A DNA stretch of 64,000 nt from an uncultured Verrucomicrobiae bacterium (GCA_963764165.1 CAVXRD010000004.1:1-64000), one strand, 5' to 3'. Counted from the first letter of the stretch, positions 38,932-49,310 are shown. The notes: generated by a model not told the origin, from the letters alone. A program made the numbers and translations.

Positions 38932-40317
38932 ATGACGACGACAGAAGGCGATGCCACTGCCGATGTAAGTTCACCGAAAGCGCGTCCTGCATTGAGTTTC
39001 TGGCAGATTTGGAACATGAGTTTCGGTTTCCTGGGAATTCAGTTTGGATGGGGTTTGCAGATGTCCAACATGAGCCCCATTTACAAATACCTCGGGGCGC
39101 GCGACGACCAAATTCCCCTGCTCTGGCTGGCCGCGCCCCTCACCGGACTGCTGGTCCAGCCGATCATCGGAGCGATGAGCGACCGCACTTGGGGGCCGCT
39201 CGGGCGGCGCCGTCCTTACTTCCTCACCGGAGCAATTTTGAGTTCGCTGGCGCTGCTGGCCATGCCGAATTGTGGAGCGCTGTGGATGGCAGCGGGACTG
39301 CTTTGGATTTTGGACGCGAGCATCAATGTCAGCATGGAACCGTTCCGTGCGTTCGTGGCGGACAAATTGCCGGCCTCGCAGCGCGGCGCAGGCTTCGCCA
39401 TGCAAAGCTTCTTCATCGGAATCGGCGCCGTGGTGGCGGACATGCTGCCTTATATCATGAAGAACGTCTTCAACGTTGGAAGCGAAACCGGCGCGGGCAA
39501 CGCGATTCCGCTCAACGTGCGAATTTCCTTTTACGTCGGCGCGGCGGCGTTTTTTGGCGCGGTCTTGTGGACAATTCTATCTAGCAATGAGTATCCGCCG
39601 GATGATCTGGCCGCATTTCGAAAGAAGAAATCGGAAAACGCCGGGCTCGGACACTTTCTATCTGGAATTGCCACTGCCTTGCGCGAGATGCCGGGAACGA
39701 TGAAACGCCTGGCCGCGGTTCAATTCTTCACCTGGATGGGCTTGTTCTGCATGTGGCTACACTTCTCGAACGCGGTGCCGGTGATTTTCGGATCCAGCGA
39801 CAAGGACTCGGAATTATTCAAGCGCGGCGCGGAATGGGCCGGGGTTTGTTACGCGGTGAAAGACGCGGTGACATTCATAGCGGCGTTCGCGCTGATGGCT
39901 GCTTCGCGCAGCATGAAGCGCAAGCACGTTCACAGTATTTGTTTGACACTCGGAGCGATCGGATTACTCTCGGTCGGTTTCATTCATGGCGAAGGCCAGC
40001 GCGTGTGGCTGTTGGTGGCGTTGGCACTGGGCGGTGTGGCGTGGGCCTCCATTCTCTCGATGCCGTATGCCCTGCTTTCGGACGCGCTCCCGGCCGAGCG
40101 CATGGGCGTTTACATGGGCGTGTTCAATTTCTTCATCGTGCTGCCTGAAATCATTGCGGCGGTGACGTTCGGCCCGCTGGTGAAAAACTGGCTGGGCGGC
40201 AACCTCATTTACGCGGTGATGGCAGGCGGCGTTTTCATGCTTGTGGCGGCGGCGCTGGCGCAGTGCGTGAAGGAGAAACCCGTCGCCTCAGCCTTAGGCT
40301 CGTTAAATGAATTGTGA
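38932..40317 (+). CDS. MFS sugar (maltose/sucrose-type) transporter
   Basis: [47 protein letters not shown]; follows GH13. Confidence 0.9.
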   Translation: MTTTEGDATADVSSPKARPALSFWQIWNMSFGFLGIQFGWGLQMSNMSPIYKYLGARDDQIPLLWLAAPLTGLLVQPIIGAMSDRTWGPLGRRRPYFLTGAILSSLALLAMPNCGALWMAAGLLWILDASINVSMEPFRAFVADKLPASQRGAGFAMQSFFIGIGAVVADMLPYIMKNVFNVGSETGAGNAIPLNVRISFYVGAAAFFGAVLWTILSSNEYPPDDLAAFRKKKSENAGLGHFLSGIATALREMPGTMKRLAAVQFFTWMGLFCMWLHFSNAVPVIFGSSDKDSELFKRGAEWAGVCYAVKDAVTFIAAFALMAASRSMKRKHVHSICLTLGAIGLLSVGFIHGEGQRVWLLVALALGGVAWASILSMPYALLSDALPAERMGVYMGVFNFFIVLPEIIAAVTFGPLVKNWLGGNLIYAVMAGGVFMLVAAALAQCVKEKPVASALGSLNEL

Positions 40318-40326
40318 AGTTGCGGA

Positions 40327-41019
40327 TTAGGAGGTTTTACCACCAGAATCGCCCGGGGCACTGCTAGCGCTGCTTAATTTCCGTCCAAGAATGAACCACA
40401 TCGCCGCACCAAACACAACGCCTCCCAAGCCGCACACAGGAATGCCCATCAGCACTGGCAGCCATGGAACCGTCCGATGCCGCAGCATCATGAACAACCA
40501 AGGCGCCAGGCACAGGCACAGCCACATGGCAGCGCCGAACGCGGCCCCCATGATGAACCACATCTTTCCAGGGACCGGCTGAACCTTTGGCAGCTCCCCG
40601 TTTTCAAGATCATAGATGCGCTTCAGCGGACGTTTGCGGAAGCAAAAGCAATAAGGCAGCGCCCAAATCGGCGAGGTGGCCGCGAGAATGATTAGGGAGA
40701 AGATATTCCAAAGGCACGGAATGGAGGCGCCGCAAATCGGGCACGCAATGCCTCGCCAGTTTCCAAAGCCTCGCTTGCGTGACCAAAGACGCCCCATGTG
40801 CATCGTCTTGCACGCCGGGCAAGGAACATATGCGCAATCGATCAACCCACCCTGGCACGTCCTGCAAATAAGCTGCAGTTTTGGAATCCGCGTCCCAAGA
40901 ATGACTTCATTGACGACGACGGCGGGGTTAAGCACCCAAAAAAGGATAGTAGGATGCGGCAGCTCCCATCGCTTGAAGTCTGCGCCACCGCACTTTGGGC
41001 AAATGTAATCTGCATTCAT
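40327..41019 (-). CDS. Hypothetical Zn-ribbon membrane protein
   Basis: Four CxxC motifs, three hydrophobic helices; ATG at 41019. Confidence 0.65.
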   Translation of the reverse strand: MNADYICPKCGGADFKRWELPHPTILFWVLNPAVVVNEVILGTRIPKLQLICRTCQGGLIDCAYVPCPACKTMHMGRLWSRKRGFGNWRGIACPICGASIPCLWNIFSLIILAATSPIWALPYCFCFRKRPLKRIYDLENGELPKVQPVPGKMWFIMGAAFGAAMWLCLCLAPWLFMMLRHRTVPWLPVLMGIPVCGLGGVVFGAAMWFILGRKLSSASSAPGDSGGKTS

Positions 41020-41116
41020 GCGCCGATCACCTTCCGTGGCTGATCGCAAGAAGCTTCCCGTCGTCTTTTTGGGTTTCGGCCACGGCCACCCCACCGTCCA
41101 TGCCTGAGCCTCTCGC

Positions 41117-41485
41117 TCATTCAACAACCTTCTCCGCCGCTGAAACAATATCGCCTTCCTTTAACAACGGCGGCTTTTTCACACCGTAAGAAAATTTGTC
41201 TGCTTGGAATGTGATTCGAATAGTGTGGCCGTCCGCGATACGGTTAATCCGAACCATATGGCTGTTAGATCCCTTGATGCCTCCGGCGGCCTGAATGGCA
41301 TCCATAACTGTCATGCCTGGAAACCAATCGTGCCTGCCTGGTTTCTCCACGTCACCATAAACATAGATGGACGGCTTCATGGGACGCTCAGCGGAATTCG
41401 TAGCCGTTGAATTGTTGTGAATTACAGGAGCAGCAAACGCACCTGTCAGCCAAAAGAATAGCAACGAGATGCCAATGCCACGCAT
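41117..41485 (-). CDS. Secreted SLBB-domain protein
   Basis: Signal peptide; IYVYGDVEKPG, MTVMDAIQAAGG, LKEGDIV. Confidence 0.75.
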   Translation of the reverse strand: MRGIGISLLFFWLTGAFAAPVIHNNSTATNSAERPMKPSIYVYGDVEKPGRHDWFPGMTVMDAIQAAGGIKGSNSHMVRINRIADGHTIRITFQADKFSYGVKKPPLLKEGDIVSAAEKVVE

Positions 41486-41645
41486 AGCGATGATGGCATA
41501 ACTTTTATTACGCAACGGCGGGTTCCTATATTGAAGCCAACCTCCGGCCGAGATTGAAAAATGTGCATTTCCCATAACGCGTCAAAACCATGGTAAAACG
41601 GGCAGAACCGGAAAGCGAGCAATTAAGTTCACTGGAACTGCGGTT

Positions 41646-43119
41646 GGGCGCATCTCAGTTTCTTGCAGAGTAGAGTAAAGTGTGGGGCATGAATGAAACA
41701 TGCGTAAAGAACAGTTCATCACCTTCGGTTGCCCGGGCGGCCTCTGAGCCGTTGGCTGTGCTGGCGGCTCGGGCGGGGTGTGCCCTGGAAGCCTCCATCG
41801 TCCGTTGCGCCAACTCTGAAGATCAAACTCTGGGGCACCTGGAAATCCAAGCCGCGCACGATGTCAAAGAATTGCTGCGCGCGACTCTGGAGCGCGGGGC
41901 GCAGGCCAAGGCCGACGGCGCTCCGCCGCTCTGCCCGGTCTGCCAGCAGAAGCTCACGCGCTTGTCCGCCAGCCATCCGCGCACGTTTCAAACCCGCCAC
42001 GGGGCCATCACCATCAAGCGCGCCAGAGGTTACTGCAAACGCTGCGGCAAATGGCGCGTGCCGGCCGACATCGCCTTGGGCTTGGAGGAAGGGGCCGGCC
42101 ATTCTCCGGCGGTGCAGGAGACGGCCGCCCTTTTGGCCAGCAAAATGCCGGTGGAAGAGGCCAGTGCGGTCTTCGAGCACCTGACGGGAATGAAGATGCC
42201 CCGCGCCACCCTGGACCGGCAGGCCCGCCGCCAGGGAGAGCGGGCGCAGGCACTGCGAACCGAACTGGACAAACAAGCGCCCCGCGCCAAGGCGCAAATG
42301 GAACTGGCGCTGGAGCCCTACCAGATGATCATTCAGATGGGCGCCTGGAACATTCGCGAACGAGACCATCGGGGGCAGAGCGCGGCGCGGCGGCGCCGGA
42401 GCCAAGAGCCGGAACGGTGGCACTGGGTCTACACTGGCACGGTCTTTCGCCTGGATCACCGGGGGCGGACGTCCGGAGGACGGCCCATCATTAGCGAGCG
42501 CGGATTTGTGGTCACGCGCCAGGGCATCGACGCGCTGCGCCAACAGATGCACGGCGAAGCGTTGCGGCGCGGGCTGGGGCAGGCGGCGGGAGCGTTGGTC
42601 ATCGCGGACGGGGCGGCTTGGATTTGGCGTTTGGCCGACGACCGTTTTCCAGAGGCCCGCCAGCGGCTGGACTTCTATCATGCGGTGCAGCATCTGGCCT
42701 CGGTGGGGCGGGCCCTCTTTGGGGAAGACAAGGAGAAATATCGAAAGTGGCTCCAGCCATTGGTGCGGCAGCTCAAAAATCAATCCGCGGTCAAAGTCAT
42801 CAGCCAACTCCAAGAGGCGCTGGAGCGCATGCCCGCCGGTGAACCAGCCCAAACGGTGGCCAAAGAAATAGAATACTTTCAAGAACACAAGTCGCGCATG
42901 GATTACCGCGCGGGACGGCGCGCGGGCGAACCCATTGGCAGCGGTCCCGTCGAAGCCACCTGCCGACAAACCCAATGCAGGTTCAAACGGCCCGGCCAGT
43001 TTTGGAGCCAGCGCGGCGACGAAGCGCTGTTGTGCCTGGAAACGTTCTGGCGCAACAAACGATGGAACCTCCTTTTTCCTCACACCTCCTTCAACCCTGC
43101 AAGAAACTGAGATGCGCCC
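41646..43119 (+). mobile_element. ISKra4/ISLre2-like (Mutator-like) insertion sequence (1474 bp)
   Basis: Perfect 23-bp IRs GGGCGCATCTCAGTTTCTTGCAG at 41646-41668 and 43097-43119; no flanking duplication. Confidence 0.88.
41680..43110 (+). CDS. ISKra4-family transposase
   Basis: CPVC..YCKRC Zn finger, IADGAAWIW, LDFYHA, RMDY, PIGSGPVEATC. Confidence 0.88.
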   Translation: MWGMNETCVKNSSSPSVARAASEPLAVLAARAGCALEASIVRCANSEDQTLGHLEIQAAHDVKELLRATLERGAQAKADGAPPLCPVCQQKLTRLSASHPRTFQTRHGAITIKRARGYCKRCGKWRVPADIALGLEEGAGHSPAVQETAALLASKMPVEEASAVFEHLTGMKMPRATLDRQARRQGERAQALRTELDKQAPRAKAQMELALEPYQMIIQMGAWNIRERDHRGQSAARRRRSQEPERWHWVYTGTVFRLDHRGRTSGGRPIISERGFVVTRQGIDALRQQMHGEALRRGLGQAAGALVIADGAAWIWRLADDRFPEARQRLDFYHAVQHLASVGRALFGEDKEKYRKWLQPLVRQLKNQSAVKVISQLQEALERMPAGEPAQTVAKEIEYFQEHKSRMDYRAGRRAGEPIGSGPVEATCRQTQCRFKRPGQFWSQRGDEALLCLETFWRNKRWNLLFPHTSFNPARN

Positions 43120-43276
43120 GGACTTTAACCTCACGGTGGTGCGAGGTGGATCTCATTGCCGCCCTTCGTTAACTTCGTTTCCTTCTGTTGAAATTTTTAA
43201 AAAAAGGAAACAAAGGTACCGGCGAATTCGGTTTTAGGCGCATTTTGGGCAACTGTAATCTCTATTCATGCGCCGA

Positions 43277-43573
43277 TCACTTTCCGTGGCTGATCCTCAG
43301 AATCTTCCCGTTGTCTTTTTCGATCTCGGCAACAGCCACTCCACCGTGCATGCCTTTCGGCAGCGACCCCTCGACTATCCATACGCCGTGGGCATCCAGG
43401 CTTGCCTTATACGGCTTTTCTCCAGCGATTTCCTTTTTGCCATAAATCGGCTCCCAAACCGCAACGGCGACCTTGATGGCAGTTTCGGCGTCGGGCACCT
43501 TGGCGGGTGCGCAACCAGATACGAAAACAATCATGGGCGCAACGATGAAGGCAATGGAGTGTGTCTTGTTCAT
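43277..43573 (-). CDS. NTF2-fold immunity-like lipoprotein (YbbC/YhhH-like)
   Basis: Lipobox VSGC; VPDAETAIKVA..PIYG..WIVEGSLP..GG..I.K.NGKIL.ISHGK. Confidence 0.75.
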   Translation of the reverse strand: MNKTHSIAFIVAPMIVFVSGCAPAKVPDAETAIKVAVAVWEPIYGKKEIAGEKPYKASLDAHGVWIVEGSLPKGMHGGVAVAEIEKDNGKILRISHGK

Positions 43574-44319
43574 TTCAATACCAAATATTTATTCGGCACA
43601 TTAAGTTCTTGGGGAATAATTCGCCCCGAAGCTTGCGCGAGCAGCTTAATGTTTTCATACACATCGCGCTCGTCGCGTTGAAACTGCCGCAACAGTCCCG
43701 CTTGCGCATAAGATATCGGCGTGGCATCAAAAATCGTTGTTTCCCAATCAAAGCCTTTCCCCCATGTGATCCCTGCCACACGAATGTCCGCTCTCGCGCC
43801 GCGCTCCAACAGCAATCGCATCACGGGCTGGCAATGATTGCGGTGCTGGCAGACGGTATGAAAAATTGGCGTGTGCCCGTTGAAACCATAATCATCAACG
43901 GCAGCCTTCGCCTCCACATCCGCTCCCGACTCGATCAAAACTCTTGCGGCTTTCACGAGGCCAAACTCGGCCGCCACATGCAGCAACGATGCGCCAAGCA
44001 GCGGGGTAAATGCGCAGTGGATGTCCACTTTGTGGCGTAGCAAAGAAGGATTTTTGCGGAGTTCCCCTTCAAGCACATCCGCGTCATCCAGGAGAACAGC
44101 CAGAAGGCCAGCATCCCCGCACCGCGCTCCGGCTTGCATCAGGCATCGAACGCAATCCGAAAACTTCGGTGATCGAAGATACATTTCAACCAACAACGTC
44201 AGCGGCGTTTTCCCGTCTACCAAACCGTTGACATCAATGCCCGAGGCCAGAGCTTCTTGAATCATTTCGGTCGAATGAATTTCGAAGCCTGTCAGGAGGG
44301 TGTTCTGTGGTGTCATCAT
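43570..44319 (-). CDS. Ankyrin-repeat protein
   Basis: GKTPL, SLLHVAAEFG..LIESGADV, GHTPIFH..LLLERGA. Confidence 0.85.
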   Translation of the reverse strand: MMTPQNTLLTGFEIHSTEMIQEALASGIDVNGLVDGKTPLTLLVEMYLRSPKFSDCVRCLMQAGARCGDAGLLAVLLDDADVLEGELRKNPSLLRHKVDIHCAFTPLLGASLLHVAAEFGLVKAARVLIESGADVEAKAAVDDYGFNGHTPIFHTVCQHRNHCQPVMRLLLERGARADIRVAGITWGKGFDWETTIFDATPISYAQAGLLRQFQRDERDVYENIKLLAQASGRIIPQELNVPNKYLVLK

Positions 44320-44381
44320 AACTTGTTGGCTTCACTCACATTATGCAGTGGTTGCCTTGCGTGCAGACTTATAGACGAGAA

Positions 44382-44768
44382 TCACCTCGCTTTTTTGCTT
44401 TCGTAAATTGCTTCAATCAGTTCCTTGGCCTCGCGCAGGCCGATCCCGGGATTCTCCTCGCGGTAAAGTCTGATGGCTGCAATCTTGGTTCTGGGATCCT
44501 TGGCCAGTTGCTCCACCTCGGGAGACATGCCACCTGCCGGTGGCGGCGGCAGTTCGATGCCTTGATGCTTTAGAAGGGCCTCCACCTTTCTCTGGAGCTC
44601 GCGCATCTGGCGAGTCAATAGTTTGACGTCTTCATGCGAGCGTCTGGCATAATAACCCCCGCGCCCACCAAAGATTCCCAGAACGACGGCGCCTCCTGTA
44701 AAAATCGCCAAAAATGCGGCGGTGGCGGCGTAGTCCTTGACCTCGAAAGCTGCAATTGCTGTTGTCAT
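44382..44768 (-). CDS. Membrane protein with ribosomal L7/L12 C-terminal-like domain
   Basis: TM helix, coiled coil, KIAAIRLYREENPGIGLREAKELIE. Confidence 0.7.
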   Translation of the reverse strand: MTTAIAAFEVKDYAATAAFLAIFTGGAVVLGIFGGRGGYYARRSHEDVKLLTRQMRELQRKVEALLKHQGIELPPPPAGGMSPEVEQLAKDPRTKIAAIRLYREENPGIGLREAKELIEAIYESKKAR

Positions 44769-45461
44769 AATTGATGCGCTGGTGATTCCGTCCAACTTCC
44801 ATTTTGCAACGGATGGCTCGCTTCTGAAACACAAAAATCCAGTTGCCGATACTCGAATCCATCATTCCGCCAGCAAAATCTCTTTACGCCGCCACCGCAG
44901 CATTGCAATTCGAATTAGGTTTGGATGGCGTGTAACTTAAAATCCTTTTCATGGAGCAGCCGGGCGATGTTGCTCGTGAGGGCGCGGCCCGTCCGCCCGC
45001 ATCACCCCTGCCCCCGCGCCCCCCGTCGATGCTTTTGTGTCCGGTCCCGCCTTAACAATCGATGTTTCGCTTCTCATGTGCCGATATACCACATAAGAGT
45101 GTAATTACATGAGGAATTGACAAACATGGCTGCGGCCTTATGTTTCTCCCCTGTCGCCATCAGGGCGTGTTCTTTGATATTTTGTGGATTCCCGCGCCGT
45201 CGCAGCTCGGAGGGTGCATGTCGTTTTTTTAGCAGCGCCAGAGGCGCGGCATCTTTATAGTTTGTCGTTCCCTCTAAGATTAAGCCTCGTGGAGGCGACA
45301 TCTCCGTTGCAATGCTCGAAATGGGCCGCCCCGACGGGGCTCGTTCTTCATTGGATGTGGTTGAGCTATAAATATTTCGCTCCTGGCGGAGAAGAGATGA
45401 GAGGAGAGGACCGTGTGCAAAAAGCGGGATGCGCCCGTGACTTAATTAACGCTGCTCCGGG

Positions 45462-45489
45462 CGTTGCACGCTATTGCACCCTATTGCAC
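45462..45489 (+). repeat. 28-bp phased TTGCAC array; exact inverted copy at 55908-55935
   Basis: CGTTGCACGCTATTGCACCCTATTGCAC. Confidence 0.8.
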
Positions 45490-45617
45490 CCTTGGTTTTT
45501 CCAGACAAGGAGGGTGTCCTCACTGCCAATGAAATATGGCCAACGCCTCCAGAACGAAGACTTTGGGATGCGATACGCAGCACTGTGTTTCATTGAATCG
45601 GCTCCAGCCGGAAGAAA

Positions 45618-45716
45618 TGTAGCGGGTTGTAGCGGCCCTGTAGCGCCCAATGTAGCGGTTTATCTAGTTGATAATCAACGATGTAGCGGGTGTAGCGGGT
45701 TTTTCGAGATTATATG
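45618..45716 (+). repeat. Phased TGTAGCG array (4+2 units)
   Basis: Units at 45618, 45628, 45639, 45651, 45682, 45691. Confidence 0.75.
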
Positions 45717-45847
45717 ATTATTCGCACTGAAACAAGGGTTTGACACCCTTCACCCGCTCCATTTCTGGCAACGCCGTGAACTTAACAGCCAAACAAACAA
45801 ATTGTTTATTGCACGAACCCATCGAACCCGTTAGAGTTGGGGCACTT

Positions 45848-46018
45848 ATGAAACACTCAACTCTACTGCTTTTGGCTTCAGTTTGTTTCTGCTTCCTTTT
45901 CCCGGCGTTCGATGCGGCGGCTGGCCCCCGCGTCGTTCATCACAAACGCCATCGCGCGCATATTCGGCATCACCGCCATCATCATCACCACAAGCACGTC
46001 GCCGTCGTTATTAGATAG
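45848..46018 (+). CDS. Small secreted His/Arg-rich peptide
   Basis: Signal peptide then HHKRHRAHIRHHRHHHHHKH; 12 bp upstream of next gene. Confidence 0.55.
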   Translation: MKHSTLLLLASVCFCFLFPAFDAAAGPRVVHHKRHRAHIRHHRHHHHHKHVAVVIR

Positions 46019-46030
46019 CCAGCAGCGGTT

Positions 46031-46867
46031 ATGCGGATTCCCCTGGTCAGCGTGGCGCTGATGCTGGCATTGGTGGTCGCCCGCCCCGCCATTGCCTATG
46101 ACGATACAGTCGCTCTTTCCGCGACTCCGAAGGCCGTGCAAGCCGCGATCAACGCGCGAATTGCCGGCGGAAAATTGGATGCAATCGAGAGTTCAAAAGA
46201 AAACGGCGAAGTGACCTTCGACGTCGATTGGGTCGACAAAAACGGCAAGGATTGCAGTTTTACGGTGGCCGATGACGGCACGATATTGAGCGAGGAAGTG
46301 GAGCTGGCCGACGTTCCGGCGCCCGTCCAAAGGGCAATCAAGGAACAGGCAACCGGGTTTGAGTTGGAATCTTTGGAAAAAAGCGTCGACGACCCGGCGA
46401 ATATCTCCTACAGCGTCGAGGTCAGCAAAGACGGCAAGAGCAAATGGTTCACCGTCGCGGCGGACGGAAGCCTCTCCAGCAAGGAGATCGCGCTCGCCGA
46501 CGCGCCCGCCGCGGTCCAGGCGATAGTGAAGCAAAAATCCGCCGGAGGCGAAATCGAGTCCGTCGAACAGAATTTCGAAGACGGAATCACGTTCGACATC
46601 ACGCTCAGCTCAGGCGGCGTGGAATCGTCCTTCCTGGTCTCCCTGACAGGGGCCATCGTCAGTGAGCAAATGGACATGGCGACCCTTCCGGAAGGCGTCA
46701 AGACTACGATTCGCGAGCATATTGGAAACGGCAAAGTCTTGCGGGTCGATCGCAACCTGGCTGAGAAGCGCAGCAACGTTTTTCCATTCGAAGTTCACGG
46801 ACGCAAAGACGGCAAGCCATTCGATTTCAGCGTCGGCCCGCGGGGACGATTTCTTGGAATGGATTGA
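46031..46867 (+). CDS. Secreted PepSY/BLIP-like repeat protein
   Basis: Signal peptide; four ~60-aa repeats beginning L..xPxxVQ.AI and ending FTVAxDG. Confidence 0.7.
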   Translation: MRIPLVSVALMLALVVARPAIAYDDTVALSATPKAVQAAINARIAGGKLDAIESSKENGEVTFDVDWVDKNGKDCSFTVADDGTILSEEVELADVPAPVQRAIKEQATGFELESLEKSVDDPANISYSVEVSKDGKSKWFTVAADGSLSSKEIALADAPAAVQAIVKQKSAGGEIESVEQNFEDGITFDITLSSGGVESSFLVSLTGAIVSEQMDMATLPEGVKTTIREHIGNGKVLRVDRNLAEKRSNVFPFEVHGRKDGKPFDFSVGPRGRFLGMD

Positions 46868-46922
46868 TCCAGCGTCGCTGGCAAGGCGCAGGCAGCAAAT
46901 CAAGCTGACAGGCAGCTTGCGC

Positions 46923-47771
46923 TTACTTCACGAACTCCAATTCCTGGCGATGTGGAATAAGACCCGCTTCGTAGGCTTTTCCGAGAAAGCGGCGGATGGC
47001 CTCGCGGCCTTTTTCGCCGTAGTCAAGAGTCCAATGATTGACGTACATACCGACGAATTGATCGGCCAGGTCTTTTCCCATGTCCCGCGCGTAGTGCAAG
47101 GCGTGGGCCACCGCCTCCGGGCGATGGTCAAGACTAAATTGAATGCTGGCGCTGAGGATGCGCGCGATGGTTGAGCGCGTTTCCTCGGAGAAACGTTTGT
47201 GGATCACGTTCCCGCCCAGAGGCAGCGGCAGTCCGTCGTTCTCGCGTTTCCACCACGCCCCGAGATCTTCACATACGGCGAGTCCTTCCTTCTGATACGT
47301 CAGTTGGCCTTCGTGAATAATCAATCCCACTTCCGCCAGGCCGCTCCGCACCGCGGCAAAGATTTGATCGAACGGCACGACGACGAAGTTGATCTTGGCC
47401 GCCGGACGTTGCAGCCAAAGTTGAAGAGCCAGGAATGCGCTGGTCATGGTTCCAGGCACCGCGATTTTCTTTTCCGCGACTTCCTCACGGGTGTACACTC
47501 GTTTCGCAACCAACATCGGACCATAGCCGTCGCCCATGCTGGCGCCGCTGGGCAGGAGCGCATATTTGTCGCTCACATAAGCGTAGGCGTGAAAGCTGAT
47601 CGCGCTAATGTCGAGTTCGCCGCGGCGCGCGCGTTCGTTCAGGGTCTGGATGTCCTGTAAAATGTGCTCGAAAGCGAATCCCCCAGTGGGGATCAATCCT
47701 TTGGCCAGCCCGTAAAACATGAACGCGTCGTCGGGATCCGGCGAGTGTCCAAGAGTCAATGTTTGCGACAT
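46923..47771 (-). CDS. mqnD: 1,4-dihydroxy-6-naphthoate synthase (futalosine pathway)
   Basis: LGHSPDPDDAFMFY, DIQTLNE, GDGYGP, IIHEGQLTY, LPLPLGG, MYVN. Confidence 0.85.
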   Translation of the reverse strand: MSQTLTLGHSPDPDDAFMFYGLAKGLIPTGGFAFEHILQDIQTLNERARRGELDISAISFHAYAYVSDKYALLPSGASMGDGYGPMLVAKRVYTREEVAEKKIAVPGTMTSAFLALQLWLQRPAAKINFVVVPFDQIFAAVRSGLAEVGLIIHEGQLTYQKEGLAVCEDLGAWWKRENDGLPLPLGGNVIHKRFSEETRSTIARILSASIQFSLDHRPEAVAHALHYARDMGKDLADQFVGMYVNHWTLDYGEKGREAIRRFLGKAYEAGLIPHRQELEFVK

Positions 47772-47820
47772 GGGAAAACGTTGCCGAAACGCCCTCGCAA
47801 AGTCGAGAGCGCGCCGCCTT

Positions 47821-48321
47821 TCAGCGTCCCATGCGTGACAATTGTTTCGCGGTGAGCAGCCAGTTCAGGGTCGCGCATTTTCCGAAAAAGAGCCGCCCGA
47901 TGGTCAATTTGCACAAGCCCGCCTTCTTCAGTTCAATCGCCATGCTGTCCTCGCCGCTGAGCAGCGTCGAGATAAGGCGGCTCATGAATGGCTCGTGTCC
48001 CACCAGCAGTATCTCGCCCGCCGAAGCATGGTCTTCATTGATCTCGTCGAGAATCTTTTTGACAGGAGCGTCGGATGTGAGATTCGCGGTTTCCACCAAC
48101 TTGTCGGAATCGTAAACCTCAGCCAGAATTTCCGCAGTGCGCTTCGCCCTCACCCAAGGACTGGCGAGGATGACATCGAAGGAAATATCCATCGTCTTCA
48201 TTCCTTCGGCCACTTCGAACATGTCGCCTTCTCCCTCGTTCGTGAGCGGGCGTTTGCTGTCAGGACGCCAGCGGGGGCCGCGCGGCTCCGCCTTCGCGTG
48301 TCGCAGAAAATACAGAATCAT
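47821..48321 (-). CDS. sixA: Phosphohistidine phosphatase
   Basis: LYFLRHAKA, RPLT, SPWVRAKRTA, LVGHEP. Confidence 0.9.
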   Translation of the reverse strand: MILYFLRHAKAEPRGPRWRPDSKRPLTNEGEGDMFEVAEGMKTMDISFDVILASPWVRAKRTAEILAEVYDSDKLVETANLTSDAPVKKILDEINEDHASAGEILLVGHEPFMSRLISTLLSGEDSMAIELKKAGLCKLTIGRLFFGKCATLNWLLTAKQLSRMGR

Positions 48322-48324
48322 AAA

Positions 48325-49185
48325 TCATCCGAAGCGTCCGGTGACGTAGGCTTCTGTTTGGGAGTTGGACGGGTTGGTGAAGATCTTCCGTGTCTGATCG
48401 AATTCAACCAATCGTCCGAGATAAAAAAAAGCTGTGAAATCGGAAATGCGCGAGGCCTGCTGCATGTTGTGCGTCACGATCACAATGGTGAATTTTTTCC
48501 GCAACTCAAGAATCAGCTCCTCGATTTTGGAAGTGGCCAGCGGATCCAGGGCCGAGGCGGGTTCGTCGAGCAGCAACACTTCCGGCTCGATGGCAAGGGC
48601 GCGCGCGATGCAAAGCCGCTGCTGCTGGCCGCCGGAAAGGCTCAGCGCGTTCGAGTGAAGGCGATCTTTCACTTCGTCCCACAACGCCGCCATTCGCAGC
48701 GTTTGCTCGAGCTTGTCGCGCAGAAGAATTTTGTTGCGCACGCCATTGAGACGCAATCCGGCGGTCACATTCTCAGCCACGGACATCGTTGGGAACGGAT
48801 TAGACTTTTGAAAAACCATGCCGACCCGGCGCCGCACCAGCGTGGCGTCCATCTCTGGCGAATACAAATCCTGATCGAACAATGCTATCCTGCCCTCAAC
48901 TTTCGCGCCGGGCGCAAGATCGTGCATCCGGTTCAGCGCGCGCAGGAAGGTGGATTTGCCGCAGCCGCTCGGGCCTATGATCGATGTCACGGCCTGCGAG
49001 GGAATGCGAAGCGTGACATCTGTCAATACTTGATTCGATCCAAACCAAACATTGAGTTTCCGCACATCGAACGTCGTCCCAAACCGCTCGGCGACGCGGC
49101 GGGGCGATGCCGCAACGGCGACGGCGGACGCCCCGTTCGGCGCGGTGAAGGCCTGAGGTTCGTTGGTCATGGCGCGCATCGTCAC
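48325..49185 (-). CDS. pstB: Phosphate ABC transporter ATP-binding subunit
   Basis: [51 protein letters not shown]. Confidence 0.96.
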   Translation of the reverse strand: MTMRAMTNEPQAFTAPNGASAVAVAASPRRVAERFGTTFDVRKLNVWFGSNQVLTDVTLRIPSQAVTSIIGPSGCGKSTFLRALNRMHDLAPGAKVEGRIALFDQDLYSPEMDATLVRRRVGMVFQKSNPFPTMSVAENVTAGLRLNGVRNKILLRDKLEQTLRMAALWDEVKDRLHSNALSLSGGQQQRLCIARALAIEPEVLLLDEPASALDPLATSKIEELILELRKKFTIVIVTHNMQQASRISDFTAFFYLGRLVEFDQTRKIFTNPSNSQTEAYVTGRFG

Positions 49186-49228
49186 ACGTCAATCTGGCCT
49201 TGCCCAGCCAATCTCCAAAGCGAAATCG

Positions 49229-49247
49229 TGTGACGATTCTGTGACAA
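49229..49247 (-). promoter_or_regulatory. Pho-box-like direct repeat upstream of pstB
   Basis: Minus strand TTGTCACAGAATCGTCACA: two GTCACA units 11 bp apart. Confidence 0.6.
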
Positions 49248-49310
49248 TCGTAGAGTCAGGCGGCAAAAATGTCTGTTACCTTTTTGCGGGCGGCGGCATT
49301 TAGTTGGTGA

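Noticed and set aside
41719..43134. 471-aa ORF on - strand
   Set aside because: Antisense shadow of the ISKra4 transposase
40327..44900. Integron cassette array
   Set aside because: Co-oriented small genes, but no attC-like repeats or integron integrase seen
45184..45717. 177-aa ORF in intergenic region (likewise 55624..56241)
   Set aside because: Runs through REP-like and phased repeats with no protein-like motifs; probably spurious
47842..49233. 463-aa ORF on + strand
   Set aside because: Antisense shadow of pstB and sixA
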